Part shown: in pieces, positions 28,796-38,459 of the stretch
Position numbering within the stretch: the stretch's first letter is position 1
Layout: each line of letters opens with the position of its first letter
Origin: an uncultured Gammaproteobacteria bacterium
GTDB taxonomy: Bacteria; Patescibacteriota; Patescibacteriia; Patescibacteriales; UBA12465
Assembly: GCA_964616855.1 (NCBI GenBank)
Contig: CAZTUJ010000001.1
Coordinates: 256,301-320,300 of the forward strand
Reading direction: 5' to 3'
Length of the DNA stretch: 64,000 nucleotides
Notes under the pieces: generated by a model
What the model saw: the letters and a program-made list of their open reading frames with translations, nothing else
Database searches by the model: none
What the model was told of the DNA's origin: nothing
Translations under genes and position numbers: made by a program

Positions 28796-30067
28796 ATGTT
28801 GGCAAAATTAGAACAAATTTGGAAAGCTAGAGATTTACGTAACAGCGTCCTTTTCGTTTTAGGGATGCTGGTAATTTTCCGTTTTGCGGCTCATATTCCC
28901 GTTCCGGGAGTAGATGCGGCGGCTTTAAAGAACCTTTTTGCCTCCAATCAGATTCTCGGTTTGATGAATATCTTTTCCGGCGGTGGTATGGAGAACTTCT
29001 CCATCGTGATGATGGGTATTGCTCCTTATATTACCTCTTCCATTATCTTTCAGCTCTTAGGCATGATTGTTCCGCAAATTGAAGAAATGCAGAAAGAAGA
29101 GAGTGGCCGTCAGAAAATTAACATGTGGACCCGGTGGGCAACTGTACCTTTGGCCGCAATGCAAGCTTACGGCATGATTACGCTTTTGCAACGTTCTAGC
29201 CAAGGAATCTTAGGGAATATTACTCCTTTCGATTTTGGGGCCATTATTATTACTATTACCGCCGGCACCGTCTTCTTAATGTGGATTGGCGAATTGATTT
29301 CCGAAAAGAAAATTGGTAACGGTATTTCACTTTTAATTTTTGCTGGTATCGTGGCTGGTGTTTGGCGCCAGATTCAGCAATTCTTGCTGACTTTTGACCA
29401 GACGCAGATCTTTACCCTGGTTGGTTTTGTCCTTATTGCCATCTTAACGGTGGTCGGTGTGGTTATTATCAACGAAGGCCAGCGCAATATTCCCGTGCAG
29501 TATGCTCGGCAAATCCGCGGTAACCGTACTTTTGGCGGCTCCAGTACCCATTTGCCTTTACGCGTTAATATGGCTGGTGTTATCCCGATTATCTTCGCTA
29601 TTTCTGTTGTCCTTTTCCCGCCGATGATTGCTCAGTTTTTCTTGCACGCTCGTACTACCTGGATTGCCTCTTTAGCGTCTAAGGTGATTGAACTTTTTAA
29701 TAATCAATTGATTTACGGAGTTGTTTATTTCGTTCTAGTTTTTGCCTTTACTTATTTCTACACCGAAGTCATTTTCCATCCTGATCGTATTTCCGAAAAC
29801 CTGCAAAAGCAGGGTGGCTTCATTCCGGGCATTCGTCCGGGCAAGCCGACTAGCGATTATCTTTCCTATACCGCTCACCGGGTAATTTTTGCTGGCGCTT
29901 TATTCTTAAGTTTAATTGCCATTTTACCTTTAGTGATGCAGTATTTTACCGGTTCGCAGTCGATGGCTATCGGCGGCACCAGTTTGCTCATCGTGGTCTC
30001 GGTAGTAATTGAGACTGTTAAGCAGATTGAATCGCAGTTAACAATGCGCGAATACGACGGCCTCTAA
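28796..30067 (+). CDS. secY: Preprotein translocase subunit SecY
   Basis: 10-TM protein with GIAPYITSSIIFQLL and PGIRPGKPT motifs. ATG 28796. Confidence 0.95.
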   Translation: MLAKLEQIWKARDLRNSVLFVLGMLVIFRFAAHIPVPGVDAAALKNLFASNQILGLMNIFSGGGMENFSIVMMGIAPYITSSIIFQLLGMIVPQIEEMQKEESGRQKINMWTRWATVPLAAMQAYGMITLLQRSSQGILGNITPFDFGAIIITITAGTVFLMWIGELISEKKIGNGISLLIFAGIVAGVWRQIQQFLLTFDQTQIFTLVGFVLIAILTVVGVVIINEGQRNIPVQYARQIRGNRTFGGSSTHLPLRVNMAGVIPIIFAISVVLFPPMIAQFFLHARTTWIASLASKVIELFNNQLIYGVVYFVLVFAFTYFYTEVIFHPDRISENLQKQGGFIPGIRPGKPTSDYLSYTAHRVIFAGALFLSLIAILPLVMQYFTGSQSMAIGGTSLLIVVSVVIETVKQIESQLTMREYDGL

Positions 30068-30094
30068 TCTTAAAATTTTCTTAAAAATGATAAC

Positions 30095-30122
30095 AAAAAT
30101 GTAGCTTCAGCTACATTTTTGT
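30095..30122 (+). terminator. Rho-independent terminator after secY
   Basis: AAAAATGTAGC-ttca-GCTACATTTTT perfect stem with a T-run. Confidence 0.8.
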
Positions 30123-30130
30123 GTTATAAT
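30122..30130 (+). promoter_or_regulatory. Extended -10 promoter element
   Basis: TGtTATAAT, 21 nt upstream of the ATG at 30151. Confidence 0.45.
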
Positions 30131-30150
30131 CAGCCTATAAGCTTTATTAT

Positions 30151-30447
30151 ATGGATTTAAAAGATTTTTTAGCTGACATTAAAGATCAGCCTAGCTACAT
30201 CATTGAGCGCAATTTAAATTCGTTGGTACGGCAAAACTACCACTTTCAGAGCCTGAGCTCTGATAATCGGGAAATAGTGTTGTCGCTAGTGAAGAAGTAT
30301 AAGGAAAAGCTGAGAACCGGTGTTGGGGTTTCCCAGTATGTGATTAATCGTGATATGTATAACCTTTATCAGAAAAGACTGGAACTGAAATTAACCGAAG
30401 TTGATCGTGACCATATCCGTGATATTTTGGAAAGCTTTAAGCAATAA
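30151..30447 (+). CDS. Hypothetical protein
   Basis: 98-aa ORF with its own -10 element. No recognised motif. Confidence 0.5.
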   Translation: MDLKDFLADIKDQPSYIIERNLNSLVRQNYHFQSLSSDNREIVLSLVKKYKEKLRTGVGVSQYVINRDMYNLYQKRLELKLTEVDRDHIRDILESFKQ

Positions 30448-30488
30448 TTTTAATATCGGGAGCCTGTTTTTAGACCCCTGCTCATTCT

Positions 30489-31409
30489 ATGTGGCTACAT
30501 TTATTGATTGTTATTGTCGGTCTGTGTTTGTTTGAAATTATCAGTAGCGTCGATAACGCTATTGTCAACGCCAATATTTTAAAGACGATGCCCAAGAAGT
30601 ATCAACGCATCTTCTTGGTCTGGGGTATTTTTTTCGCAGTTTTCGTGGTTCGCGGTCTTTTGCCCTTTGCCATTGTCTGGATGGCCGCGCCCCAGCTCTC
30701 AATCGGTCAGGTTATTGGTGCCGCTTTTTCTAATAGTGGGGAAGTGGCTGGCTATCTGGCCTCTTCCAAGCCTTTATTACTGCTCGGTGGTGGTGTTTAC
30801 CTCTTTTTTGTTTTCCTATCCTGGCTCTTTTTAGAAGAGAAGAAATATGCTTTTTTTGTGGAAGGATTTATCCATCGCCAAGGTGCTTGGTTTTATGCGA
30901 TTTCTTCGATTTTTACCACTTCGGTCGTTTATTTAGCTTTGCAGCGGAATCCAACCTTAGCCCTAGCCGCTACCATTGGCGTTTCCGCTTTCTTTATTAC
31001 TGACGGTTTTAAGAAGAATGCCGAGGAAAAAGAAAAGCAACTGATGAATCCGGCGATGGGGGCCTGGAGTAAAATCCTGTATCTGGAAGCTTTAGATGCC
31101 TCTTTTTCTATTGATGGTGTCATTGGTGCTTTTGCCTTTACCATGAGCGTACCTTTGATTATTTTAGGCAATGGTCTCGGCGCTTTTGTTGTTCGGGAAT
31201 TTACCATCAAGGGTATGAATTTCATTTCTAAATTTGCTTATCTTAAAAATGGGGCGATGTATTCTATCGGTATGCTCGGCGCCTTAATGGTGACCGAAAG
31301 CTTTGGTCATGAATATCCTTTTTGGGTAGCCCCCCTTAATACTGGTCTTCTTTTGGCGGTCTTCTTATTTCTCTCCATTAAAGCCCAGAAGCAGTTGCAA
31401 CAGTCATAA
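30489..31409 (+). CDS. DUF475/TerC-like integral membrane protein
   Basis: FEIISSVDNAIVNANIL...FLVWGIFFAVFVVRGLLPFAIVW pattern, repeated as LEALDASFSIDGVIGAF in the second half. Confidence 0.7.
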   Translation: MWLHLLIVIVGLCLFEIISSVDNAIVNANILKTMPKKYQRIFLVWGIFFAVFVVRGLLPFAIVWMAAPQLSIGQVIGAAFSNSGEVAGYLASSKPLLLLGGGVYLFFVFLSWLFLEEKKYAFFVEGFIHRQGAWFYAISSIFTTSVVYLALQRNPTLALAATIGVSAFFITDGFKKNAEEKEKQLMNPAMGAWSKILYLEALDASFSIDGVIGAFAFTMSVPLIILGNGLGAFVVREFTIKGMNFISKFAYLKNGAMYSIGMLGALMVTESFGHEYPFWVAPLNTGLLLAVFLFLSIKAQKQLQQS

Positions 31410-31413
31410 AATT

Positions 31414-32247
31414 ATGGTTTATATCAAGACAAATGAAGAAATCGCTGCCATTAGAGCCGGCGGCAAAATTTTAGCCAAGATTCTCAAGACTTTAAAAGAG
31501 GCAGTTAAGCCCGGAGTTAATACCGCTGATTTAGAGGCGACGATGATAGAAATGGTGGCGGCGGCTGGTGGTCGCCCGGCTTTTAAAGACTATCCGATGG
31601 GTGGTGGTATTTTTTTCCCCTCCGCTATTTGTGCTTCAATCAATGATGAAGTGGTTCATGGCGCCGCTATCCCTGGTCGAATTTTAGTTGAGGGCGATAT
31701 TATTGACCTGGATATTGGCATGGAATGGCCGGTCTTACCGGAAATCAGAAGGGAACTGGGCTTGCCCACCAATCCTCATTCACCCGGTGGCGGCTTCTAT
31801 ACCGATATGTGCGCTACTGTGCCGGTCGGAGAGATTAGCAAAGAGGCCAAGAAATTATTAGTGGTGACTCAGGAATGTTTAGTGGCGGCGATTAAAAAAG
31901 TGAAGCCGGGGGCTCGTTTGAATGATATTGGCGGTACCGTTCAGCAGATGGCCGAAGACGCTGGCTATGGGGTGGTCCGGGACTTAGTCGGCCACGGTGT
32001 TGGTTACCAAGCTCATGAAGATCCGGAAGTCTATCATTATCTCATCAATCCCCGTTCCACTGCTAATTTGGAGTTAAAGCCAGGCATGGTTATCTGCATT
32101 GAACCGATGATTAACGCCGGCACTCATCAAGTTACGGTTGCGGCTAATGGTTATACCATTATTAGTGCTGATAATTCTTTAAGTGCTCACTTTGAACATA
32201 CGATTGCCGTGACTGATAAAGGACATCAAATCTTAACTTTGGAATAA
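31414..32247 (+). CDS. map: Methionine aminopeptidase, type I
   Basis: INDEVVHG, DIIDLDIG, DLVGHGVG, ICIEPM and FEHT metal-ligand motifs. Confidence 0.92.
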   Translation: MVYIKTNEEIAAIRAGGKILAKILKTLKEAVKPGVNTADLEATMIEMVAAAGGRPAFKDYPMGGGIFFPSAICASINDEVVHGAAIPGRILVEGDIIDLDIGMEWPVLPEIRRELGLPTNPHSPGGGFYTDMCATVPVGEISKEAKKLLVVTQECLVAAIKKVKPGARLNDIGGTVQQMAEDAGYGVVRDLVGHGVGYQAHEDPEVYHYLINPRSTANLELKPGMVICIEPMINAGTHQVTVAANGYTIISADNSLSAHFEHTIAVTDKGHQILTLE

Positions 32248-32248
32248 T

Positions 32249-32644
32249 ATGGTTTTGAGCGAGGATCAACAATATTTGGGGGTCGATTGGGGCGAAAAGC
32301 GCATCGGTTTGGCTTTAGCGGACATTGAAACCAGAATGGCCTTGCCTTTTATTACCGTTCCCGATTTGCGCTCTTTATTGGCGATTATTAAGGCGGAAAA
32401 TATTGGTTTATTAGTTATCGGTTCTCCCCGAAAAATGGCGGGAGCGGAAGCCTCTAATCCTTTATTCCTAAGTTTTTTACAGGCTTTGAAAGCACAATCA
32501 TCGGTGCCGGTGGTGGAAATCGATGAGCGTCTTTCTAGTAAGGCGGCGGATGCTTTGTCAGGGGCAAAACGGGATAAAGCTGGACGTGATGAGATTGCCG
32601 CTGCTATTTTTTTACAAAATTATTTAGATAGTGAACAGCTTTGA
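32249..32644 (+). CDS. ruvX: Putative pre-16S rRNA nuclease / Holliday junction resolvase-like YqgF
   Basis: LGVDWGEKRIGLALAD and VEIDERLSS motifs. Confidence 0.88.
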   Translation: MVLSEDQQYLGVDWGEKRIGLALADIETRMALPFITVPDLRSLLAIIKAENIGLLVIGSPRKMAGAEASNPLFLSFLQALKAQSSVPVVEIDERLSSKAADALSGAKRDKAGRDEIAAAIFLQNYLDSEQL

Positions 32645-33390
32645 AGTCTATGGAATCTACTTTTCCCACCAGGGCAATTATTCTTAATCGACGTGACTGG
32701 CGCGAGGCTGACCGCCTCGTTTCTGTTTATACTCCCGCTCATGGCCGTTTGACTCTTTCTGCCCGAGGTGCCCGCAAACTTGGTTCCAAATTAGCGCCGC
32801 ATCTAGAACCAATTAGCATTAGCCGCTTGTTAGTGGTTAAGGGCAAGGGCTTTGACTTAGTCGGGGCTGCTTTAGTGGAGGAGTCTTTTTTAAATATCAA
32901 ACAAGATCTTAATCGTCTTTATTTCGCTGGCCAAGCCCTGCGTTTTTTTATGCGCTTAGTGCAGGAGGGTGAACCTGATCCAGAGCTTTTTGCTTGGCTG
33001 GAAAAGTGGCTCTTAAATTTAGAAGCGGCCGCGGGGGAGGAAAATCTGCCTAAGGAGGATGGTCGTTTCCGTCTCGCCCTCTTTGCTTGGCGCTTGTTTG
33101 CGCTCTTGGGCTATCAGCCGGAACTGCAGAAATGTGTGGCTTGTGGTGGCATTTTGGCACCAGGAAAGAATAATTTTGACTTAGCCCAAGGCGGCTTGGT
33201 TTGCGGCAACTGTGCTCTTAGCCAGAGCGGGGAAGCTAAAAACGGCGCCCTCCTACCTTTATCTGATAATTGCATCAAGCTTTTACGCTTAGTTGAGGGT
33301 GGTACTTGGAAGAATGTAAAATTCTCCCCTCAGCTCTTAAAGGAGTGGGAGAATTTGAATACGGCCTTGGCTAACTGGTTGCGCTCTTAA
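32641..33390 (+). CDS. recO: DNA repair protein RecO
   Basis: OB-fold N-terminus (AIILNRRDWREADRLVSVYT) and Zn motif CVACGG...LVCGNC. Start is TTG 32641 or ATG 32650. Confidence 0.85.
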   Translation: MKSMESTFPTRAIILNRRDWREADRLVSVYTPAHGRLTLSARGARKLGSKLAPHLEPISISRLLVVKGKGFDLVGAALVEESFLNIKQDLNRLYFAGQALRFFMRLVQEGEPDPELFAWLEKWLLNLEAAAGEENLPKEDGRFRLALFAWRLFALLGYQPELQKCVACGGILAPGKNNFDLAQGGLVCGNCALSQSGEAKNGALLPLSDNCIKLLRLVEGGTWKNVKFSPQLLKEWENLNTALANWLRS

Positions 33391-33531
33391 ATCGAAATTT
33401 TCTTGATTTTTTTCAGGAAAAATACTATTTACTCTTCTTTTTTCTAACTTGCTAAAAGCCCTAAAATGAGTTAAGATAGAGAAAGAAAAATCCTTGAAAA
33501 GAGAGTGTTTTTATAATTAAATTTTGAAAAT

Positions 33532-34836
33532 ATGTCAAAAATAAGCATTGCTGCCGCTAAAACTCAAGCTCAGGGTTCCTGTGAACTTACTGGCTTCGTC
33601 CGTAATCTTCGCTTGATGAAGGGCTTGGCTTTTATTGACCTTCATGACTTGAGCGGTAACATGCAGTTAGTGGTAGAAGAGAAGAGTGGCGCCGCTTATC
33701 AAGCTGCCGAGCGTCTGACTTTAGAAAGTGTTATTAGTGTTAAAGGGGAATTGAAAGAGAAGCCGGCCAAAAAGAATGATCCTAATCCGGTCAAAGATTT
33801 TGAATTGTTAATTTCTGATTTAGAGATTCTAAGTTTGGCTGATGCTAATTTGCCGATTCCGGTTTTAGCGAAAGCTGATAATGAGGCGAACTTAGAAAAT
33901 CGTTTTGATTGGCGTTGGTTGGATTTACGCCGCCCTGAACATCGTCAAATTTTTCAAATTTGGACCAAGCTGGAAGAAGGCTTCCGCGCTCAGCTTCTGC
34001 AGGAGAATTTTACTCAGATTTACACTCCTTGTTTAATGAATACGGCCAGCGAGACTGGTTCCGAAGTTTTTGAAGTAAAATATTTTGAGAAGAAAGCCTA
34101 TCTTTCTCAGTCTCCTCAGTTTTATAAGCAAATGGCCATTGCCGCTGGCTTTGAAAAAGTTTTTATGACTGGTCCGGTCTTTAGAGCGGAAGCTTCCTAT
34201 ACCAGTCGTCACGTGACCGAATTTACCGGTTGGGATTTTGAATTTGCCAACATTGAATCGCACTACGATATTATGGACCTAGAGGAGCGGGCTTTAATTA
34301 GTGCTTTTACTAAAGTGAAAGAGTTAGGGATTGATATCGAAGTGCCCACCGCTCCTTTTCCTAAGTTAAGCTTAGCGGTGGTGAAGGAAAAACTAAAAGC
34401 TTTAGGTGTTAAGAGCGAAAAGGATCATGACTTGTCGCCGGAAGAAGAAAGAGAAATTTGCCGGATAGTTAAGGAAGAAGAAGGCCATGATTTTTTATTC
34501 GTGGTTGACTATCCTATTGCCGCCCGTCCTTTCTACCACATGCGCCATGCGGATAATCCTGGTTTAACTAAGAGCTTTGATTTACTCTATCGCGGTTTGG
34601 AGGTGACCACCGGCGCTCAACGCGAACATCGTTTAGATATTTTGGAAAAGCAAGCGGTGGAGAAAGATATGAATTTAGAAGAACTGACCGACTATCTCAA
34701 CTTCTTCCGTTACGGTTGTCCGCCCCATGGCGGCGTCGGTATCGGTCCGGCCCGCTTGGTGATGAAGATTGCTGGGGTCGAGAATGTCAAAGAAGTTTGT
34801 TTCTTGCCCCGTGATGTTAAGCGCTTACGCCCCTAA
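33532..34836 (+). CDS. aspS: Aspartate--tRNA ligase, archaeal/eukaryal-type short form
   Basis: Class II motif 2 GPVFRAEASYTSRHVTEFTGWDFE, motif 3 GGVGIGPARLVM and C-terminal FLPRDVKRLRP. 434 aa. Confidence 0.85.
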   Translation: MSKISIAAAKTQAQGSCELTGFVRNLRLMKGLAFIDLHDLSGNMQLVVEEKSGAAYQAAERLTLESVISVKGELKEKPAKKNDPNPVKDFELLISDLEILSLADANLPIPVLAKADNEANLENRFDWRWLDLRRPEHRQIFQIWTKLEEGFRAQLLQENFTQIYTPCLMNTASETGSEVFEVKYFEKKAYLSQSPQFYKQMAIAAGFEKVFMTGPVFRAEASYTSRHVTEFTGWDFEFANIESHYDIMDLEERALISAFTKVKELGIDIEVPTAPFPKLSLAVVKEKLKALGVKSEKDHDLSPEEEREICRIVKEEEGHDFLFVVDYPIAARPFYHMRHADNPGLTKSFDLLYRGLEVTTGAQREHRLDILEKQAVEKDMNLEELTDYLNFFRYGCPPHGGVGIGPARLVMKIAGVENVKEVCFLPRDVKRLRP

Positions 34837-34854
34837 GTAAAAATAATTAAATTT

Positions 34855-36243
34855 ATGTATACTGCGATTAAACAACTTTATCGCCAAACTGATTCTTTCT
34901 TGCAGAAGGAAATTACAGTCGCTGGCTGGGTGCGCACGGTCCGTTCTTCGGGCGAAGTCGCCTTTATTGAACTCAATGACGGCTCTTTCTTTAAGGGCTT
35001 ACAGATTGTGGTTAATAATAAGCTGGAGAATTTTGCTATTTTAGAAAAATTAAACATCGGTTCGTCTTTAGAGGCGAGCGGCTTGCTCATTCCTTCACCG
35101 GCAGCTGGTCAGCCTTTTGAACTGCAGGCTCAGTCTGTAACTTTAATTAACGAAGCCCAGGAAGACTACCCTTTGCAGAAGAAGCGTCACAGTTTTGAAT
35201 TCTTGCGGGAAATTGCTCATCTCCGGCCGCGGAGCAATACTTTTGCGGCGGTTTTTCGTTTACGCTCGGCTTTGAGCTACGCGATTCATAAATTTTTTCA
35301 GGAAGAAGGCTTTGCTTATGTTCATACCCCTATTATTTCCACCAGCGATTGCGAGGGGGCGGGGGAAATGTTTCAAGTAACTACGCTGAATTTAAAGAAA
35401 GTGCCACAGACTAAAGAAGGGGCGCCGGATTTTGCTAAAGATTTTTTTGGTCAAGCCGCCGGGCTCACCGTTAGTGGTCAGCTCAATGCTGAAGCTTTGA
35501 TCATGGGTTTAAATAAAGTTTATACTTTTGGTCCGACTTTCCGGGCGGAAAATTCTAATACTACTCGCCATGCTTCTGAGTTCTGGATGGTGGAGCCGGA
35601 GATGGCTTTTGCCGAATTGAAAGACGACATGGATTTAGCCGAAAGAATGTTGAAGTATCTTATCAATTATGTCTTAACGGAATTACCGGAAGAAATGGAA
35701 TTTTTCAATCAGTTTATTGATAACGGTTTAATTGAGCGCTTACAAGCTGTTGCTGCTGCCGATTTTGGTCGAGTGACCTACACGGAAGCGATTGATCTTT
35801 TACTTAAGAGTAAAGAGACTTTTAATTACCCAGTATCTTGGGGCATAGATTTACAAACGGAACACGAACGCTATTTAGCGGAGAAAGTTTTTAATAAGCC
35901 GATGTTTTTAACGGATTATCCCAAGGAAATCAAAGCTTTTTACATGCGTCAAAATGATGACGGCAAGACTGTAGCTGCTATGGATTTACTAGTTCCCGGT
36001 ATTGGCGAAATTATTGGCGGCAGTCAGCGCGAAGAGCGCTATGAATTATTGGAGAGTCGTATTGCCGCTTTAGGGATGAATCCCGAAGACTACCGTTGGT
36101 ATTTGGATTTACGCCGCTATGGTTCCATTAAGCATGCCGGTTTCGGTTTAGGTTTTGAACGGGCTATTATGTATTTATCGGGCATGACTAATATCCGCGA
36201 CGTCATTCCTTTCCCGCGGACGCCGAAGAACGCAAAATTTTAA
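34855..36243 (+). CDS. asnS: Asparagine--tRNA ligase
   Basis: [39 protein letters not shown] and C-terminal [10 protein letters not shown]. Confidence 0.9.
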   Translation: MYTAIKQLYRQTDSFLQKEITVAGWVRTVRSSGEVAFIELNDGSFFKGLQIVVNNKLENFAILEKLNIGSSLEASGLLIPSPAAGQPFELQAQSVTLINEAQEDYPLQKKRHSFEFLREIAHLRPRSNTFAAVFRLRSALSYAIHKFFQEEGFAYVHTPIISTSDCEGAGEMFQVTTLNLKKVPQTKEGAPDFAKDFFGQAAGLTVSGQLNAEALIMGLNKVYTFGPTFRAENSNTTRHASEFWMVEPEMAFAELKDDMDLAERMLKYLINYVLTELPEEMEFFNQFIDNGLIERLQAVAAADFGRVTYTEAIDLLLKSKETFNYPVSWGIDLQTEHERYLAEKVFNKPMFLTDYPKEIKAFYMRQNDDGKTVAAMDLLVPGIGEIIGGSQREERYELLESRIAALGMNPEDYRWYLDLRRYGSIKHAGFGLGFERAIMYLSGMTNIRDVIPFPRTPKNAKF

Positions 36244-36262
36244 AAATTAATTTTTTAAAAAT

Positions 36263-37180
36263 ATGACTAGTCACAACGCTAAGTATGCTTTTTATTATCT
36301 CCTGTCTTTAGCCGCTTTGATTTTTATGGCCTTATCTGTGGGCATGATTATCTTTGGCGTGATTGATAAGACCGTGATTGACGCTTTAAATTATAACAGT
36401 TATAACAGCGTCGATGCTCAGTTGAAGTTTGCCATCTCCGCTTTATTCATTGCCGCTCCGATTTATTATTTTCTCTCCCGTCTTATTAACCGCGGTTTGA
36501 ATAAGAAGGAATTGGAATTAGATTCGTCTTTACGCCGCTGGCTGACTTATTTCATCATCTTAGTTTCTTCTTTAATTATCCTTGGTGTTTTCATCGGTGT
36601 CATCAATAATTTTCTTTCTGGAGAATTAACGGTGCGCTTTATTCTTAAAGCCGTTACCATGTTAGTTATTGCTGCCGCCGTCTTTTCCTTCTATTTCTAC
36701 GACATCAAGCGCAAGGAAGTAAAGGCACGTGACTTAGTGATGTGTTTGTTTACCTGGATTTCCGCTGCTTTAGTGCTGGCCGCTTTTGTGACTGCCTGGT
36801 TCTTTGTGGAATCTCCGAGTGTGGCTCGGGCTAAGCGTTTAGATCAGATTGTAGTTAATAATATTTATGAATTAGAGAACGCCGTTAACACTTACTATAA
36901 TGAGTATAACCGTCTACCGGTAAATTTGGACGAGATTAAAAATAGTCCTGACATTTATCTTGATGCTAAAAGTTTAGTTGATCCAGAGAGTCGGGAAGCG
37001 ATTGAATATAAAGTATCAGGCGAAAAAGATTTTTCTTTCTGTGCTGTTTTCCGTGCCCCGAGCGATAGTGAAAATGACAGCCGCGCCTATGGTCCTGGTA
37101 ATAAGGAACATGGTGCAGGTTATGATTGTATTGACGGTCAGCTTTGGAGCGATGTTGAAGCTAAAGCGATGATTAAGTAG
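36263..37180 (+). CDS. Polytopic membrane protein with pilin-like C-terminal globular domain
   Basis: Several hydrophobic (TM-like) segments. Then ARAKRLDQIVVNNIYELENAVNTYYNEYNRLPVNLDEI...DPES...Y...FSFCAVF, which resembles the post-helix part of type IV pilins/pseudopilins. Confidence 0.55.
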   Translation: MTSHNAKYAFYYLLSLAALIFMALSVGMIIFGVIDKTVIDALNYNSYNSVDAQLKFAISALFIAAPIYYFLSRLINRGLNKKELELDSSLRRWLTYFIILVSSLIILGVFIGVINNFLSGELTVRFILKAVTMLVIAAAVFSFYFYDIKRKEVKARDLVMCLFTWISAALVLAAFVTAWFFVESPSVARAKRLDQIVVNNIYELENAVNTYYNEYNRLPVNLDEIKNSPDIYLDAKSLVDPESREAIEYKVSGEKDFSFCAVFRAPSDSENDSRAYGPGNKEHGAGYDCIDGQLWSDVEAKAMIK

Positions 37181-37183
37181 TCT

Positions 37184-37900
37184 ATGATAGATTTTAGTAC
37201 CGATAAATTCCAGGGTCCTTTAGGTCTGCTTCTTCAATTAATTGAAAGTGAGCAGATGGATATTACCGAGATTGCTCTGGCCACAATTGCCGATCAGTAT
37301 GTTGCCTACGTTGAACATACGGAAAATATCGATCCGGAAGAGATTGCTGATTTTTTGGTGATGGCCGCTCGGCTTCTCTATATCAAATCTAAAGCCCTTC
37401 TCCCTTATCTCAGTACAGAGGCGGCCGAAGAAGAGGTTGATGATTTAGAGCGCCAGTTACGGATGTATAAGACCTTTGTGGAAGCGAGTTTAAAGATTTC
37501 CGCTTTGATTAACCGCGGTCATTTTTCTTTTTCCCCGGTTTTTGTTAAAGGTGGTCGCCGTGGTCTTCAAACCGAAGCTACTTTTAGTCCTCCCTTAAAG
37601 CTCAAAGCCGCTGACTTGGAAACAGTTTGGCGCCAGCTTTTGGCCCGCTTGCGTCGGCAGGAAAAGAAATTACCAGAAGAAAGACTAGAGGCCAAAATTA
37701 GCATTGACGAACGTATTATCCATATCCGCTCGCTGCTAGCCGAACAGTTATCTTTGAGCTTCCAGCGCTTTTTGGAAAAAGCCCAGAGCAAGGTGGAAGT
37801 AATTGTTAACATCCTCGCCGTCTTAGAACTGGCAAAACAACGGGAGCTGGTGTTTGAACAAGAAGAATTATTTAGTGAAATTAGAGTGTTAAAAATATAA
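37184..37900 (+). CDS. scpA: Segregation and condensation protein A
   Basis: FQGPLGLLLQLIESEQMDITEIALATIADQY N-terminus typical of ScpA. ScpB follows. Confidence 0.88.
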   Translation: MIDFSTDKFQGPLGLLLQLIESEQMDITEIALATIADQYVAYVEHTENIDPEEIADFLVMAARLLYIKSKALLPYLSTEAAEEEVDDLERQLRMYKTFVEASLKISALINRGHFSFSPVFVKGGRRGLQTEATFSPPLKLKAADLETVWRQLLARLRRQEKKLPEERLEAKISIDERIIHIRSLLAEQLSLSFQRFLEKAQSKVEVIVNILAVLELAKQRELVFEQEELFSEIRVLKI

Positions 37901-37907
37901 AATATTT

Positions 37908-38459
37908 ATGTCCACCCTATCATCCCAACTTGAAGCCATTTTGCTAGTTGCCAATAAGCCTTTAAGCTTGAAAGAATTGAGTGCGGCCGCGGGTGCTAAA
38001 AGCGCGGCGGTTGAAGAAGCTTTGGCAGAAATGGCGTCTGAGTATGAACAGTCGGCGCGCGGCTGGCGTTTAACTAGTGCCGGCAATAATTATCAATTAG
38101 CCAGTGCTGGTGAACATGCCGCTTTGATTAAAGATTTTTTGAAAAGTGAAACTACGGGCGAGCTTTCTCAGCCTAGTTTAGAAGCCTTAACTATCATTGC
38201 CTATCGCGGTCCGGTGAGTAAATTGGAGTTAGAAAGGATTCGGGGAGTGAATTGCAGTTTAATTATCCGCAACCTTTTGTTACGCGGTTTAATTGAAGAA
38301 AATTTTGATAAGCAGAAGAACGAAAACTATTATCAGGTAACTTTAGATTTTATCCGTTTCTTAGGTTTAAATAATGTTCAGGAATTACCGGACTACGCCA
38401 GCTTGCACCAACCGGAAGCTTTGGAGCTATCGTTAGCGGAGGAGGAAAAAGCATGCTAA
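37908..38459 (+). CDS. scpB: Segregation and condensation protein B
   Basis: LEAILLVANKPLSLKEL and EALTIIAYRGPVSKLELERIRGV winged-helix repeats. Confidence 0.88.
   Translation: MSTLSSQLEAILLVANKPLSLKELSAAAGAKSAAVEEALAEMASEYEQSARGWRLTSAGNNYQLASAGEHAALIKDFLKSETTGELSQPSLEALTIIAYRGPVSKLELERIRGVNCSLIIRNLLLRGLIEENFDKQKNENYYQVTLDFIRFLGLNNVQELPDYASLHQPEALELSLAEEEKAC

Noticed and set aside
33391-33531. T-box or other riboswitch leaders upstream of aaRS genes (aspS; also alaS 3533-3570 and valS 46970-47016)
   Set aside because: The leaders are only about 40-140 nt and AT-rich, and I saw no specifier/T-box-like conserved sequence (AGGGTGGTACCGCG-type). They are too short for a T-box.
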